32,000 nucleotides of DNA from an uncultured Nitrososphaerota archaeon (GTDB taxonomy: Archaea; Korarchaeota; Korarchaeia; Korarchaeales; Korarchaeaceae). Shown here in pieces: positions 8,307 through 16,023 of the stretch. The stretch is taken from assembly GCA_964480775.1 (NCBI GenBank), contig CAYZRF010000019.1:1-32000 (forward strand). The letters run 5' to 3'. The translations under genes and the position numbers were made by a program. Position 1 is the stretch's first letter. Each line of letters starts with the position of its first letter. Below the pieces are notes generated by a model that had not been told where the DNA came from, did no database searches, and saw only the letters and a program-made list of their open reading frames with translations.

Positions 8307-9305
8307 TTAAGCATCATCTAATAAAGGTGGAAGAGGTAGAAGAGGCCAATCCACTTCATCTACCCTCCATTTTGGTTTTATACCGCTTTCCTCCAGCTTA
8401 AGAGCTCCGTGAGCTTTGTAGGAAAGAATTGAGGTGTACGCGATCATGACACCATTGTCTCTAGAATATTCTGGTGGAGTTACCTTTAGTTCCACGTTTC
8501 TATCCTTACACATGAGGCGCATCTTTTCTCTAAGCCTTGGAGAAGCAGCAACACCGCCTACGAGCAGGAGCTCATTCTTTTTCGTGTAAGCTAGGGCTCT
8601 TTCAGTCGCCTCTACTAGCATCGAGAACGTAACCTCAACAAAACTCCAGATTACATCCTCTACGCTTGCACCACCCCTGTATCTTCTCAACGCTTCGGTT
8701 ACAATTCCACTAAAAGCTAAATCCATACCTTTCACAGTGTAAGGAAGAGAAATCCATTTTCCCTTCATGTCATCCATTATTGGACCTGAAGGGAAAGGAA
8801 GACCTACACCTCTTCCAACCTTATCGAGTGCGTTTCCTAATCCAATATCCAAGGTTTCTCCAATCACCCTGAAAGCCCTACCAGAATTAACCATAATCTG
8901 GGTATTTCCTCCAGATACAAATACGATGAGAGGATCTTTAGCTCTGGCCATCAACCTTCCTATTTCGATGTGGGCTACAGCGTGGTTTACCCCAACCAAA
9001 GGTAAATTCAGTTTTGTAGCTAGACTTCTAGCAGCGATAGCTCCAACAAGTAGTGTTGAACCCAACCCCGGACCTCTTGAAAAACCCACTACATCGATTT
9101 CTTCGTAATTTATACCACTTCGCTCAAGAGCGCGCGATATTACCTCCTTAGCGACTTTGTAATGGTGCTCAGTCACTTCGATTGGCTTCATCCCGCCCCT
9201 TTCTGTTCGAAATATCTCGTTGACGTTTGCAAGAATTCTTCCCCTATTATCTACTATGCCGACTCCAAAGGTGTGTGCTGTGCTTTCTATTCCTAAAGCG
9301 ATCAT
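8307..9305 (-). CDS. kae1: tRNA N6-adenosine threonylcarbamoyltransferase Kae1 (KEOPS catalytic subunit), not fused to Bud32
   Basis: MIALGIESTAHTFGVGIV, the metal-binding VNHAVAHIE motif and the ASKHA fold pattern are present. 332 aa. Its start overlaps the sua5 stop in ATGA at 9302-9305. Confidence 0.92.
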   Translation of the reverse strand: MIALGIESTAHTFGVGIVDNRGRILANVNEIFRTERGGMKPIEVTEHHYKVAKEVISRALERSGINYEEIDVVGFSRGPGLGSTLLVGAIAARSLATKLNLPLVGVNHAVAHIEIGRLMARAKDPLIVFVSGGNTQIMVNSGRAFRVIGETLDIGLGNALDKVGRGVGLPFPSGPIMDDMKGKWISLPYTVKGMDLAFSGIVTEALRRYRGGASVEDVIWSFVEVTFSMLVEATERALAYTKKNELLLVGGVAASPRLREKMRLMCKDRNVELKVTPPEYSRDNGVMIAYTSILSYKAHGALKLEESGIKPKWRVDEVDWPLLPLPPLLDDA

Positions 9306-9934
9306 GGACCTATCAAGGTTTTATAGGCACCAACTATCTCTTTAAAACTAACTGGACCTTCTCTCACAAGTCTTGGGCTTCCACTTGTTAGATCCACGAC
9401 GGTCGATGGTCTTCTGAAAAGCATTGTACCGCAACTGAGGGCAAGATCCGCACCAGGAATCTCTCTAACTGCTTGAAGGCAAGAATGAGGGGGAGGGTTT
9501 GATGTTTTGTTTGCGCTTGTGGAAGTAATTGCCCTTCCTAAGCCTTTGGCAATCTCCCTTACGATTAGAGACTCAGGAATTCTGATGCCGATTGCTCGAG
9601 GGTTAATCTCAGGAATCACCCTCTCCGTTTTGGGTAATATAAAAGTAACTGCACCAGGAAGAAATTTCCCCAAAAACTCCTCTAAACCATCAATAATAGC
9701 ATATCTTCTTGCCATCTTTATGTCACACACGGCTATCGTGAGGTACTTGTTGCTAGGCCTATGTTTAAGCTCATATATTCTAATAACTGCCTTAGCGTTC
9801 TCGGCATCAGCCCCTAGCCCATAAACAGTATCTGTAGGATAAATTACAGCGCCTCCAAGTCTAAGGACTCGAACGGCTTCTTTAATCGAATTAGCAACCC
9901 CAAACTTTGTCACATCAATTATTCTCAATCTCAC
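9302..9934 (-). CDS. sua5: L-threonylcarbamoyladenylate synthase, short YrdC-domain-only form
   Basis: YPTDTVYGLGADA and SANKTS-type motifs are present. At 210 aa there is no C-terminal SUA5 domain. The start is GTG at 9934. Confidence 0.85.
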   Translation of the reverse strand: MRLRIIDVTKFGVANSIKEAVRVLRLGGAVIYPTDTVYGLGADAENAKAVIRIYELKHRPSNKYLTIAVCDIKMARRYAIIDGLEEFLGKFLPGAVTFILPKTERVIPEINPRAIGIRIPESLIVREIAKGLGRAITSTSANKTSNPPPHSCLQAVREIPGADLALSCGTMLFRRPSTVVDLTSGSPRLVREGPVSFKEIVGAYKTLIGP

Positions 9935-9972
9935 TCAACCATGACAAGATTAAATTCAGAAGCCTGGTTTCA

Positions 9973-10890
9973 ATGAGTGTTATGCCAAATAAAAGGGATA
10001 ACGATTACGAACCATATTTCAAAATAGGTAAAACTCTTGGGAGATTGTTATCAGATGAATCCAAAAGAATCCGACCAGGAGATAAACTCGTAGATATTTG
10101 CGAGAGGATTGAAAACAAAATAATTGAGCAAGGCTTTTTTCCAGCCTTTCCTGTTAACATATCAGTAAACGAAATCGCAGCCCACTACACATCTCCTCCT
10201 GATGATGCTGAAGTAATTCCTGAAGACTCATTAGTAAAGCTTGATGTGGGCATACGAATTGAGGGGTACATAGTTGATGCTGCAAGACCGTTGGTATTTG
10301 ATGAAAAACTTCGAAAACTTGCAGATGCCGCGTCCGCCTGTTTAGAGGCCGCAAGGCGGGCTATGAAGCCAGGAACCGATCTTCAGCTAGTTGGCCAAAC
10401 AATATACGATGAGGCAAAGAGATTGGGTTTCAAAACCATTGCAAATCTATCAGGTCATAAAATAGGTCATTATAAGCTGCACGCAGGGGTTGGGGTTCCG
10501 AACATTCCGGTCTCGGTTGACTACAAGCTAAAAGTTGGAGACATATTTGCAGTAGAACCCTTTCTAACTTTTCCTGAGTTTCCAGGGATGGCTAAACCTT
10601 CAAAAGAAGCCTATATCTTTTCTTTCAGGAAGAAAATTCGCTCTTTAAATAAAATTCAAGAGAAGATAGTGTTTTTAGCAGAAAATAGATTTAGAAAGCT
10701 ACCTTTTGCAGAAAGGTGGTTGACAAAAAACTTTGGCCAAAGAGTGGAGAAAGAACTTTCATTTCTAACGAAAAAAGGTGCTCTAATATCATATCCAGTA
10801 CTTATTGAGGCGAAAAAAGGAATAGTTTCGCAAGAGGAAGATACCTTCCTAATAACAGAGGATGGAGCCATCCCTCTTACAAGAGTATGA
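9973..10890 (+). CDS. map: methionine aminopeptidase, type 2 (archaeal)
   Basis: Metal-ligand contexts KLDVGIRIEGYIVDAA, NLSGHKIGHYKLHAG, FAVEPF and SQEEDTF are present, along with the helical insert typical of type 2. The ORF track starts at 9907, which would overlap the divergent sua5. The in-frame ATG at 9973 (or 9982) gives the normal length. Confidence 0.85.
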   Translation: MSVMPNKRDNDYEPYFKIGKTLGRLLSDESKRIRPGDKLVDICERIENKIIEQGFFPAFPVNISVNEIAAHYTSPPDDAEVIPEDSLVKLDVGIRIEGYIVDAARPLVFDEKLRKLADAASACLEAARRAMKPGTDLQLVGQTIYDEAKRLGFKTIANLSGHKIGHYKLHAGVGVPNIPVSVDYKLKVGDIFAVEPFLTFPEFPGMAKPSKEAYIFSFRKKIRSLNKIQEKIVFLAENRFRKLPFAERWLTKNFGQRVEKELSFLTKKGALISYPVLIEAKKGIVSQEEDTFLITEDGAIPLTRV

Positions 10891-10892
10891 GG

Positions 10893-12005
10893 TTACCTCA
10901 GTGCCTTTTCCCATCTCATCCTGTAGCTGAGAATCTGAGAATCCTTCACTACGCTAATGACTAGTGTTTTATTAACGCTAGTAGCTACTCTACCAACTCT
11001 CAACAAGTTAACAGGTGTGATAAGTTCATCTGGATAACTTACTACGCACAAATAAGGAGCATGATCTATTCCCGGACCCTTTTCGTAGATCAAGTAATGT
11101 CCACCATACTTGGCTGCAGATGACTTCACAACATAACCTAGGTCCCTCCAAAAGGAGTAAGTCACTATCCTTGCATCCGCCTTTGATCTGAACTTTTTAA
11201 CGATATCTAGAATTTCTTTCTGAGAAAGAACCTTCCCTTTCGAATCCTTGATCTTTAGAACCCCCTTCTTGTTTAGATAGACGGCTTCTACAAGCGATAG
11301 TTGCAAAGGAAGCTTGTACTTCTTGTTCGGCTTTGGTTTTTTAACCCCCATGGGGTGCCCCCAAAAACCATTCATATAGAATTCTGAGCCAATTTCTGGG
11401 TCCCAAATGACTACTCTATCATGTATAAGAATGCCTTCTGCTTCGGGAAGTTTGTCTAACCCAAAATCTCTTATCTTGCTTGGCATGAAGTTTTCAGCAT
11501 AATAATAGGTTATATCCGACTCCGTACCAACAATAGCGAGAAGTAACTTCTTTCTTAACCTGCCAGCATGAAGTACGGCCCTAAGTATCTCATTCTGTTT
11601 GATTAGCTCGTCTTCTGACATGGGTAGTACCAAGATGTTTGCAGCCTTCAATCCTATTGCGGCTCCTGGCGGATATAATCGTAGGAAAGGGGTTTTAGGT
11701 TCGTATCTGACCAGTCTTCCTCTTTTTCTTAGGTCTTGAAAAACCAAAAATTTCAGGAAGTCCTCCGATTTCTTCTCACTGAGAACCCGTAGTAGTGGAT
11801 CTATTCCCTTCCCATTACTCCCCTTCACTTCTAGTTTGCCGATCCATGCTAAGTAGGCTGCCTCTACAATGCTTAGCTTTAAGAAACCGTCCTCCTCAAA
11901 CCCATATCCCTTTAATCTGAGCTGTTCCAAAACTTTTGGATCTGCAGATATCTCCACCCACTCTCCTTTCAAATCGCCAACGATCTTTAGTGAAGCTTCT
12001 TCCAT
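10893..12005 (-). CDS. endA: tRNA-splicing endonuclease, two-unit (duplicated, alpha-prime-2-like) architecture
   Basis: The C-terminal unit has the catalytic Tyr/His/Lys contexts (YGGHYLIYEKGPGIDHAPYL ... SVNKTLV). The N-terminal unit (KGYGFEEDGFLKLSIVEAAYL ... VRYEPKTPFLRLYPPG) lacks them. A TATA-like TATATTAA lies at 12031-12040 on the minus strand, 26-35 nt upstream of the ATG. Confidence 0.88.
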   Translation of the reverse strand: MEEASLKIVGDLKGEWVEISADPKVLEQLRLKGYGFEEDGFLKLSIVEAAYLAWIGKLEVKGSNGKGIDPLLRVLSEKKSEDFLKFLVFQDLRKRGRLVRYEPKTPFLRLYPPGAAIGLKAANILVLPMSEDELIKQNEILRAVLHAGRLRKKLLLAIVGTESDITYYYAENFMPSKIRDFGLDKLPEAEGILIHDRVVIWDPEIGSEFYMNGFWGHPMGVKKPKPNKKYKLPLQLSLVEAVYLNKKGVLKIKDSKGKVLSQKEILDIVKKFRSKADARIVTYSFWRDLGYVVKSSAAKYGGHYLIYEKGPGIDHAPYLCVVSYPDELITPVNLLRVGRVATSVNKTLVISVVKDSQILSYRMRWEKALR

Positions 12006-12048
12006 CGAGAAGATATTAGCGATCTTGTTTAATATAGTTGGGGTCCTC

Positions 12049-12984
12049 TCAAGGAATCCTTTTTGCCATGTTTAAGGCTTCGAACAAGGTATTCATTATC
12101 ATGTCAGCAAAATCTTCGTTTATTTCGGGTTTTGTTCCTGATCTAACGTGATTCACAGCATACCCAAGTTCTTCAAGAAGTGGCTCCCTCCATCTGGGTC
12201 TCTTGATGCGAGACTCCTCTCCTTTATCAACGCCAACCTCCTGACTCATATAGTTAAGCCAAATGCTACCGTTTGAAGCAGTAACTCTTATGCTCCTAAT
12301 TCCTATAGGGGTAAGCCAGTTTGACTCAATAATACCCACAGTACTCCCATACCTAAGTATCAAGATAGAAATGTCCTCATTCTCACTGTTAAGCATTCGA
12401 CTAGTAAAACAAGATATTGGAGTCGGTTTCTCCCCAGCAAGGTAGGTTTGTGCATATAGTTCATGTATTCCTAGGTCCAGCGTAACCCCTATCTCCCACT
12501 TAAGGCTTCTCTTGGGGAACCGCCCTATCCTTCTTGAGGATAGGGTCAGTAAGTCGCCCAATTCCCCAGAATCAACGATCTCCTTCATCAATCTGAAACC
12601 AGGATTGAAAAGCTCGATGAATCCTGGTACAAAGATTAGATCTTCTCTATTAATTTTCGAAAAGAGGTCCTTCCAATCAGAAGCTTTTGTCGCCAATGGC
12701 TTCTCTAGGAGAATATTTACTCCATATTCTGCTACCTTTATGGCCGTCTTTGCTAAATACTGTGGAGTGACAGCAATGCTAACAAGATCCAAATTTTCGT
12801 TCCTCAGCATTTCTTCCACATCTGCATACGCTGAGGCCCCGTACATTGATGCAAGCCTTCTCGCCCTCTTTATGTTAAGGTCAGCCACTCCTTTCAGTTC
12901 TACCCCAGGTATTTCCCTGTAAACTCGAGCATGAGCCTCTCCAAACCATCCACAGCCAACTATGCCAGTTCTGACTAGTGTCAC
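12049..12984 (-). CDS. Gfo/Idh/MocA-family NAD(P)-dependent oxidoreductase
   Basis: N-terminal Rossmann motif GIVGCGWFG, then LLEKP, and a C-terminal alpha/beta domain. The ORF track starts at TTG 12999. GTG at 12984 sits 7 nt after a perfect GGAGGT and gives MTLVRTGIVGCG. Confidence 0.8.
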   Translation of the reverse strand: MTLVRTGIVGCGWFGEAHARVYREIPGVELKGVADLNIKRARRLASMYGASAYADVEEMLRNENLDLVSIAVTPQYLAKTAIKVAEYGVNILLEKPLATKASDWKDLFSKINREDLIFVPGFIELFNPGFRLMKEIVDSGELGDLLTLSSRRIGRFPKRSLKWEIGVTLDLGIHELYAQTYLAGEKPTPISCFTSRMLNSENEDISILILRYGSTVGIIESNWLTPIGIRSIRVTASNGSIWLNYMSQEVGVDKGEESRIKRPRWREPLLEELGYAVNHVRSGTKPEINEDFADMIMNTLFEALNMAKRIP

Positions 12985-13058
12985 CGTCTTTACCTCCAAC
13001 CATCACAGGGTAAGGTAAATGAAATATAAGAAGACAACTAGAATTTGTCGAATTTGAA

Positions 13059-13898
13059 TTGAATAAAGTGACGGGCTATCTAAGACTATTAAGGCCTAAA
13101 AATGCCTTGATGTCAGCTATTGGAACGACTATAGGCTGGTTGACTGGTGCTAACAACGAATTTGTACGTTATCTCATAGCAGTGATGATTCCGCCTCTAG
13201 TATTAATGGGAGGAAACGCCATAAATGACTTTTTTGATTTCGAGATAGACGCAATAAACAGGCCCGATAGGCCCATACCACAAGGTATAATTAGCAGGAG
13301 AGAAGCCTTCTTGTCTTATGTTATATTATCTCTAGTTGCTATAGCATTATCTTCGTTGTTGGGATGGATGCCTTTTATCATAGCTTCACTGTTTGCTCTT
13401 GCTTGGTATTTTTATGCAAAAACCCTAAAGGCTAAAGGTCTTATTGGAAATATCGTTGTAAGCACAGGTGTAGGCTTCACAATAATTTTTGGCTTCTTAT
13501 CTGCGTCTGGTGAACACCTTATATTACCCATAACTCTAGCGCTGATAGCTTTTTCAGCCAATCTAGCAAGAGAAATAGTAAAAACCGTTGAGGATCTGCC
13601 AGGAGACAAAAAGGCGGGACTCTCAACAGTACCTATTAGATTCGGGATAGAGAAAACCAAGACTTTAACAAAAGGGTTAATCGCCTTAACATGCTTGTTG
13701 GCGATTACACCTTTCTTCTTAGGATTAATGGGCGTGCTTTATTTGATCTTTTCTGTACTCTCTGTTTCAATGTTAGCTTACATCTTATTGCGAACAGATA
13801 GCCTATCTATCAAATCTGCAGGCGATTTTAGCAAATTTCTCAAGATAGCTATGGCCCTAGGACTTTTAGGTATGTTGTTAGACCTGATATTTAGGTAG
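13059..13898 (+). CDS. UbiA-family prenyltransferase, probably digeranylgeranylglyceryl phosphate (DGGGP) synthase
   Basis: The NDFFDFEIDAINRPDRPIPQG motif is present. The protein is polytopic, 279 aa. The start is TTG 13059 or GTG 13068. Confidence 0.82.
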   Translation: MNKVTGYLRLLRPKNALMSAIGTTIGWLTGANNEFVRYLIAVMIPPLVLMGGNAINDFFDFEIDAINRPDRPIPQGIISRREAFLSYVILSLVAIALSSLLGWMPFIIASLFALAWYFYAKTLKAKGLIGNIVVSTGVGFTIIFGFLSASGEHLILPITLALIAFSANLAREIVKTVEDLPGDKKAGLSTVPIRFGIEKTKTLTKGLIALTCLLAITPFFLGLMGVLYLIFSVLSVSMLAYILLRTDSLSIKSAGDFSKFLKIAMALGLLGMLLDLIFR

Positions 13899-14696
13899 GA
13901 GCTTCTTCAGAAGGGATCTTCTCTCCAATACCCCTAAGAGACTCATCCTAGAGTCTACAACAGGTACTGCTGGAATTCCGTTCTCAACAACTGTTTGAAC
14001 TATTTTACCCAAGTTATCAGAGGTTCCGACAGTAGGAGGATTTTCAAGCATGATATCCTCAACTATTATCCTCCTTACAACGCTATCCATAATTCTTGAT
14101 GGAAAATTCTCTCTTACCTGATAAAATGTCTTTGCAAGAGCCATTTCGGTAACTATGCCGAGAAGCTTTTCTCCACTACATACTGGAAGGAGTCTAGATC
14201 GGGTTTCAAGCATAACAGTCCTGGCATGAACAGCCCTCTGTCCAGGATTTATTCTGGGATGCTTTGGATTCATTAATTTCTCGGCCGTAGCTCCGTTCTC
14301 ACCCTCCAATAGCTTCAGAAGGTCGGTTTCTGTGACTACTCCAACAACCTCAGAATTCTTTATAACAGGGATTATTTCGACGTCCTGAGAAATCATAATA
14401 TCGGCTGCTTTGCTGGCATCTGCATTCTGTTCTATGGTTATTGGGGGTTCTGTCATCAGAGCACTTACATATATTCTTCTTGCTTGGATTTTTTGAAATC
14501 TATAGGAACCCAAGCCGTCCATTATTTCTCTAGCTGTTAGGATGCCAACAAGCCCCCTTTCCTTATTTAGTACGATCAAGTGAGTAACTTCTTTCTTGTC
14601 CATCAGTTCGAGGGCGACTCCAACTATCTCATCTTTGCTTATGGCAACTCCGGGTTTACTCATTATATCTTTAACTAGAACTCTTTTCCTTGGCAA
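13878..14696 (-). CDS. CBS-domain-only protein (4 CBS motifs)
   Basis: Four repeats of the hydrophobic-xxIM...GI/V-hT-xxDhh pattern are present: VKDIMSKP, VSALMTEP, AEKLMNPK and VEDIMLEN. The start is TTG 14696, which overlaps the upstream gene by 26 nt, or ATG 14663. Confidence 0.78.
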   Translation of the reverse strand: MPRKRVLVKDIMSKPGVAISKDEIVGVALELMDKKEVTHLIVLNKERGLVGILTAREIMDGLGSYRFQKIQARRIYVSALMTEPPITIEQNADASKAADIMISQDVEIIPVIKNSEVVGVVTETDLLKLLEGENGATAEKLMNPKHPRINPGQRAVHARTVMLETRSRLLPVCSGEKLLGIVTEMALAKTFYQVRENFPSRIMDSVVRRIIVEDIMLENPPTVGTSDNLGKIVQTVVENGIPAVPVVDSRMSLLGVLERRSLLKKLLPKYQV

Positions 14697-15516
14697 TTAT
14701 TATCCCTTTAATAACGTCTGTCTTAGTAATTAAACCTTCTAATTTCTCTCCATCAGAAGAGACGGGGAAACCGCTAAAGCCGAATTCAAGCATCATTCGG
14801 GCAGCTTTTGCCGCATCATCCTTCGGCTTAACTGTGACGACAGGGCTTTTCATGATCTCTCCCACAGTTTTTGCCTTTACCCCCTTGACCTCCCTCCCTG
14901 CTAAGGTTTCTATGACAATCCTCTTCCTGGACCAGATAGCTCCTACGTATGCAAGATCCGTCTCTGTGACTATTCCTAGGATCCTTTTCGCCGAATCCGT
15001 TACTACTAACCTCTTAACTTTCTCTTTCATCATTAACTTAGCGGCCTTCTTTATGTTATCAGTTTCCTTTACCGTTATTACATCTCTTTTCATCAAATCC
15101 TTAACGCTAAAAATTCCTCTCATTTTTTCCGCGAAAAACCTGACCAAATCAGTCTTAGTCAATAAACCCACTAACGAGTTTGAACTCACAACAGGTAAAC
15201 CACTAATTCCCAGATCAATCATTAACTTAGCGGCCTCATATAGGCTTGTATCAGGGGATATCGTTACAGGATCCTTCGTCATGTAAGTTCCAATGAGAGA
15301 ATTCTCAAGAGATCTCCATTTCCATGGAGCTCGCCTGCTAGACAGAATTCTAACTATGTCTCGAAGGGTAAGAATTCCAACGAGTTTACCTTCCCTGTTA
15401 ACAACCAATAGCCTTTTTATTCCTCTCTCTAACATGAGATTTCTAGCATGAGAGATCGTATCACTTGGATATACAGTTATTACTTCTGTAATCATGTAAT
15501 CTCTAGCTTTATACAA
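14671..15516 (-). CDS. CBS-domain-only protein (4 CBS motifs)
   Basis: The motifs are ARDYMITE, IGTYMTKD, VKDLMKRD and VGEIMKSP, each followed by a G(I/L)(L/V/I)T..D element (GILTLRDIV, GLLTKTDLV, GIVTETDLA, GLITKTDVI). The start is TTG 15516, preceded by GGGGGGAGGG. Confidence 0.8.
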   Translation of the reverse strand: MYKARDYMITEVITVYPSDTISHARNLMLERGIKRLLVVNREGKLVGILTLRDIVRILSSRRAPWKWRSLENSLIGTYMTKDPVTISPDTSLYEAAKLMIDLGISGLPVVSSNSLVGLLTKTDLVRFFAEKMRGIFSVKDLMKRDVITVKETDNIKKAAKLMMKEKVKRLVVTDSAKRILGIVTETDLAYVGAIWSRKRIVIETLAGREVKGVKAKTVGEIMKSPVVTVKPKDDAAKAARMMLEFGFSGFPVSSDGEKLEGLITKTDVIKGIIIAKEKSSS

Positions 15517-15527
15517 AACCCTCCCCC

Positions 15528-16019
15528 CTAAATGAGGCCTAAAGCCCCTCTTGGAGATTTAGCCAACCTTAATCTCTCTGAAAGAATGAACCAAATGTGG
15601 GGGGCTTCTCTCAGGATATCTTTCATGGAAATAATTCCCATGGGCCTTCCCGAATTATCCACAACAACCAGTCTCCTGATATCGTACTCGCTCATCATTT
15701 TAGCTGCCTCAAATATGTCTGCATCTCCACTTATTGTGATTAAGTCCTTGGTCATGATTTCTTCTGCACTTACATCTCTAGGAAGTCTGTCTCTTATTTT
15801 GGCGACGCACCTTTTGATGATATCTCTCTCTGTTATTATTCCAACGATCTTCTCGTTAGCTCTTACGAGAACAGAGCCTATTCCATATTTATCCATCATC
15901 TCCGCCACGTCGACTACGCTAACAGAGGGCTCTACGCTAATGATGTTTGGAGTCATAACCTCAGATACCCTTATCTTCAGACCTTCAAGTTCGTCCTCAG
16001 GTTCAGGTACGAGCGCCAT
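15528..16019 (-). CDS. CBS-domain pair protein (single Bateman module)
   Basis: The motifs are VSEVMTPN...GIITERDII and AEEIMTKD...GIISMKDIL. ATG 16019 is preceded by AAGGAGGTGA, which overlaps the stop codon of the upstream NFACT gene. Confidence 0.85.
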   Translation of the reverse strand: MALVPEPEDELEGLKIRVSEVMTPNIISVEPSVSVVDVAEMMDKYGIGSVLVRANEKIVGIITERDIIKRCVAKIRDRLPRDVSAEEIMTKDLITISGDADIFEAAKMMSEYDIRRLVVVDNSGRPMGIISMKDILREAPHIWFILSERLRLAKSPRGALGLI

Positions 16020-16023
16020 AAGA

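Noticed and set aside
9907-9972. N-terminal extensions proposed by the ORF track (map 9907, archease 18901, rps19 22256, pgk 27532, tuf 24714, sucC 850)
   Set aside because: The extensions overlap neighbouring genes or add residues not seen in these families. In each case an in-frame ATG gives the family-typical N-terminus, and for tuf, pgk and sucC a Shine-Dalgarno motif lies at the right spacing upstream.
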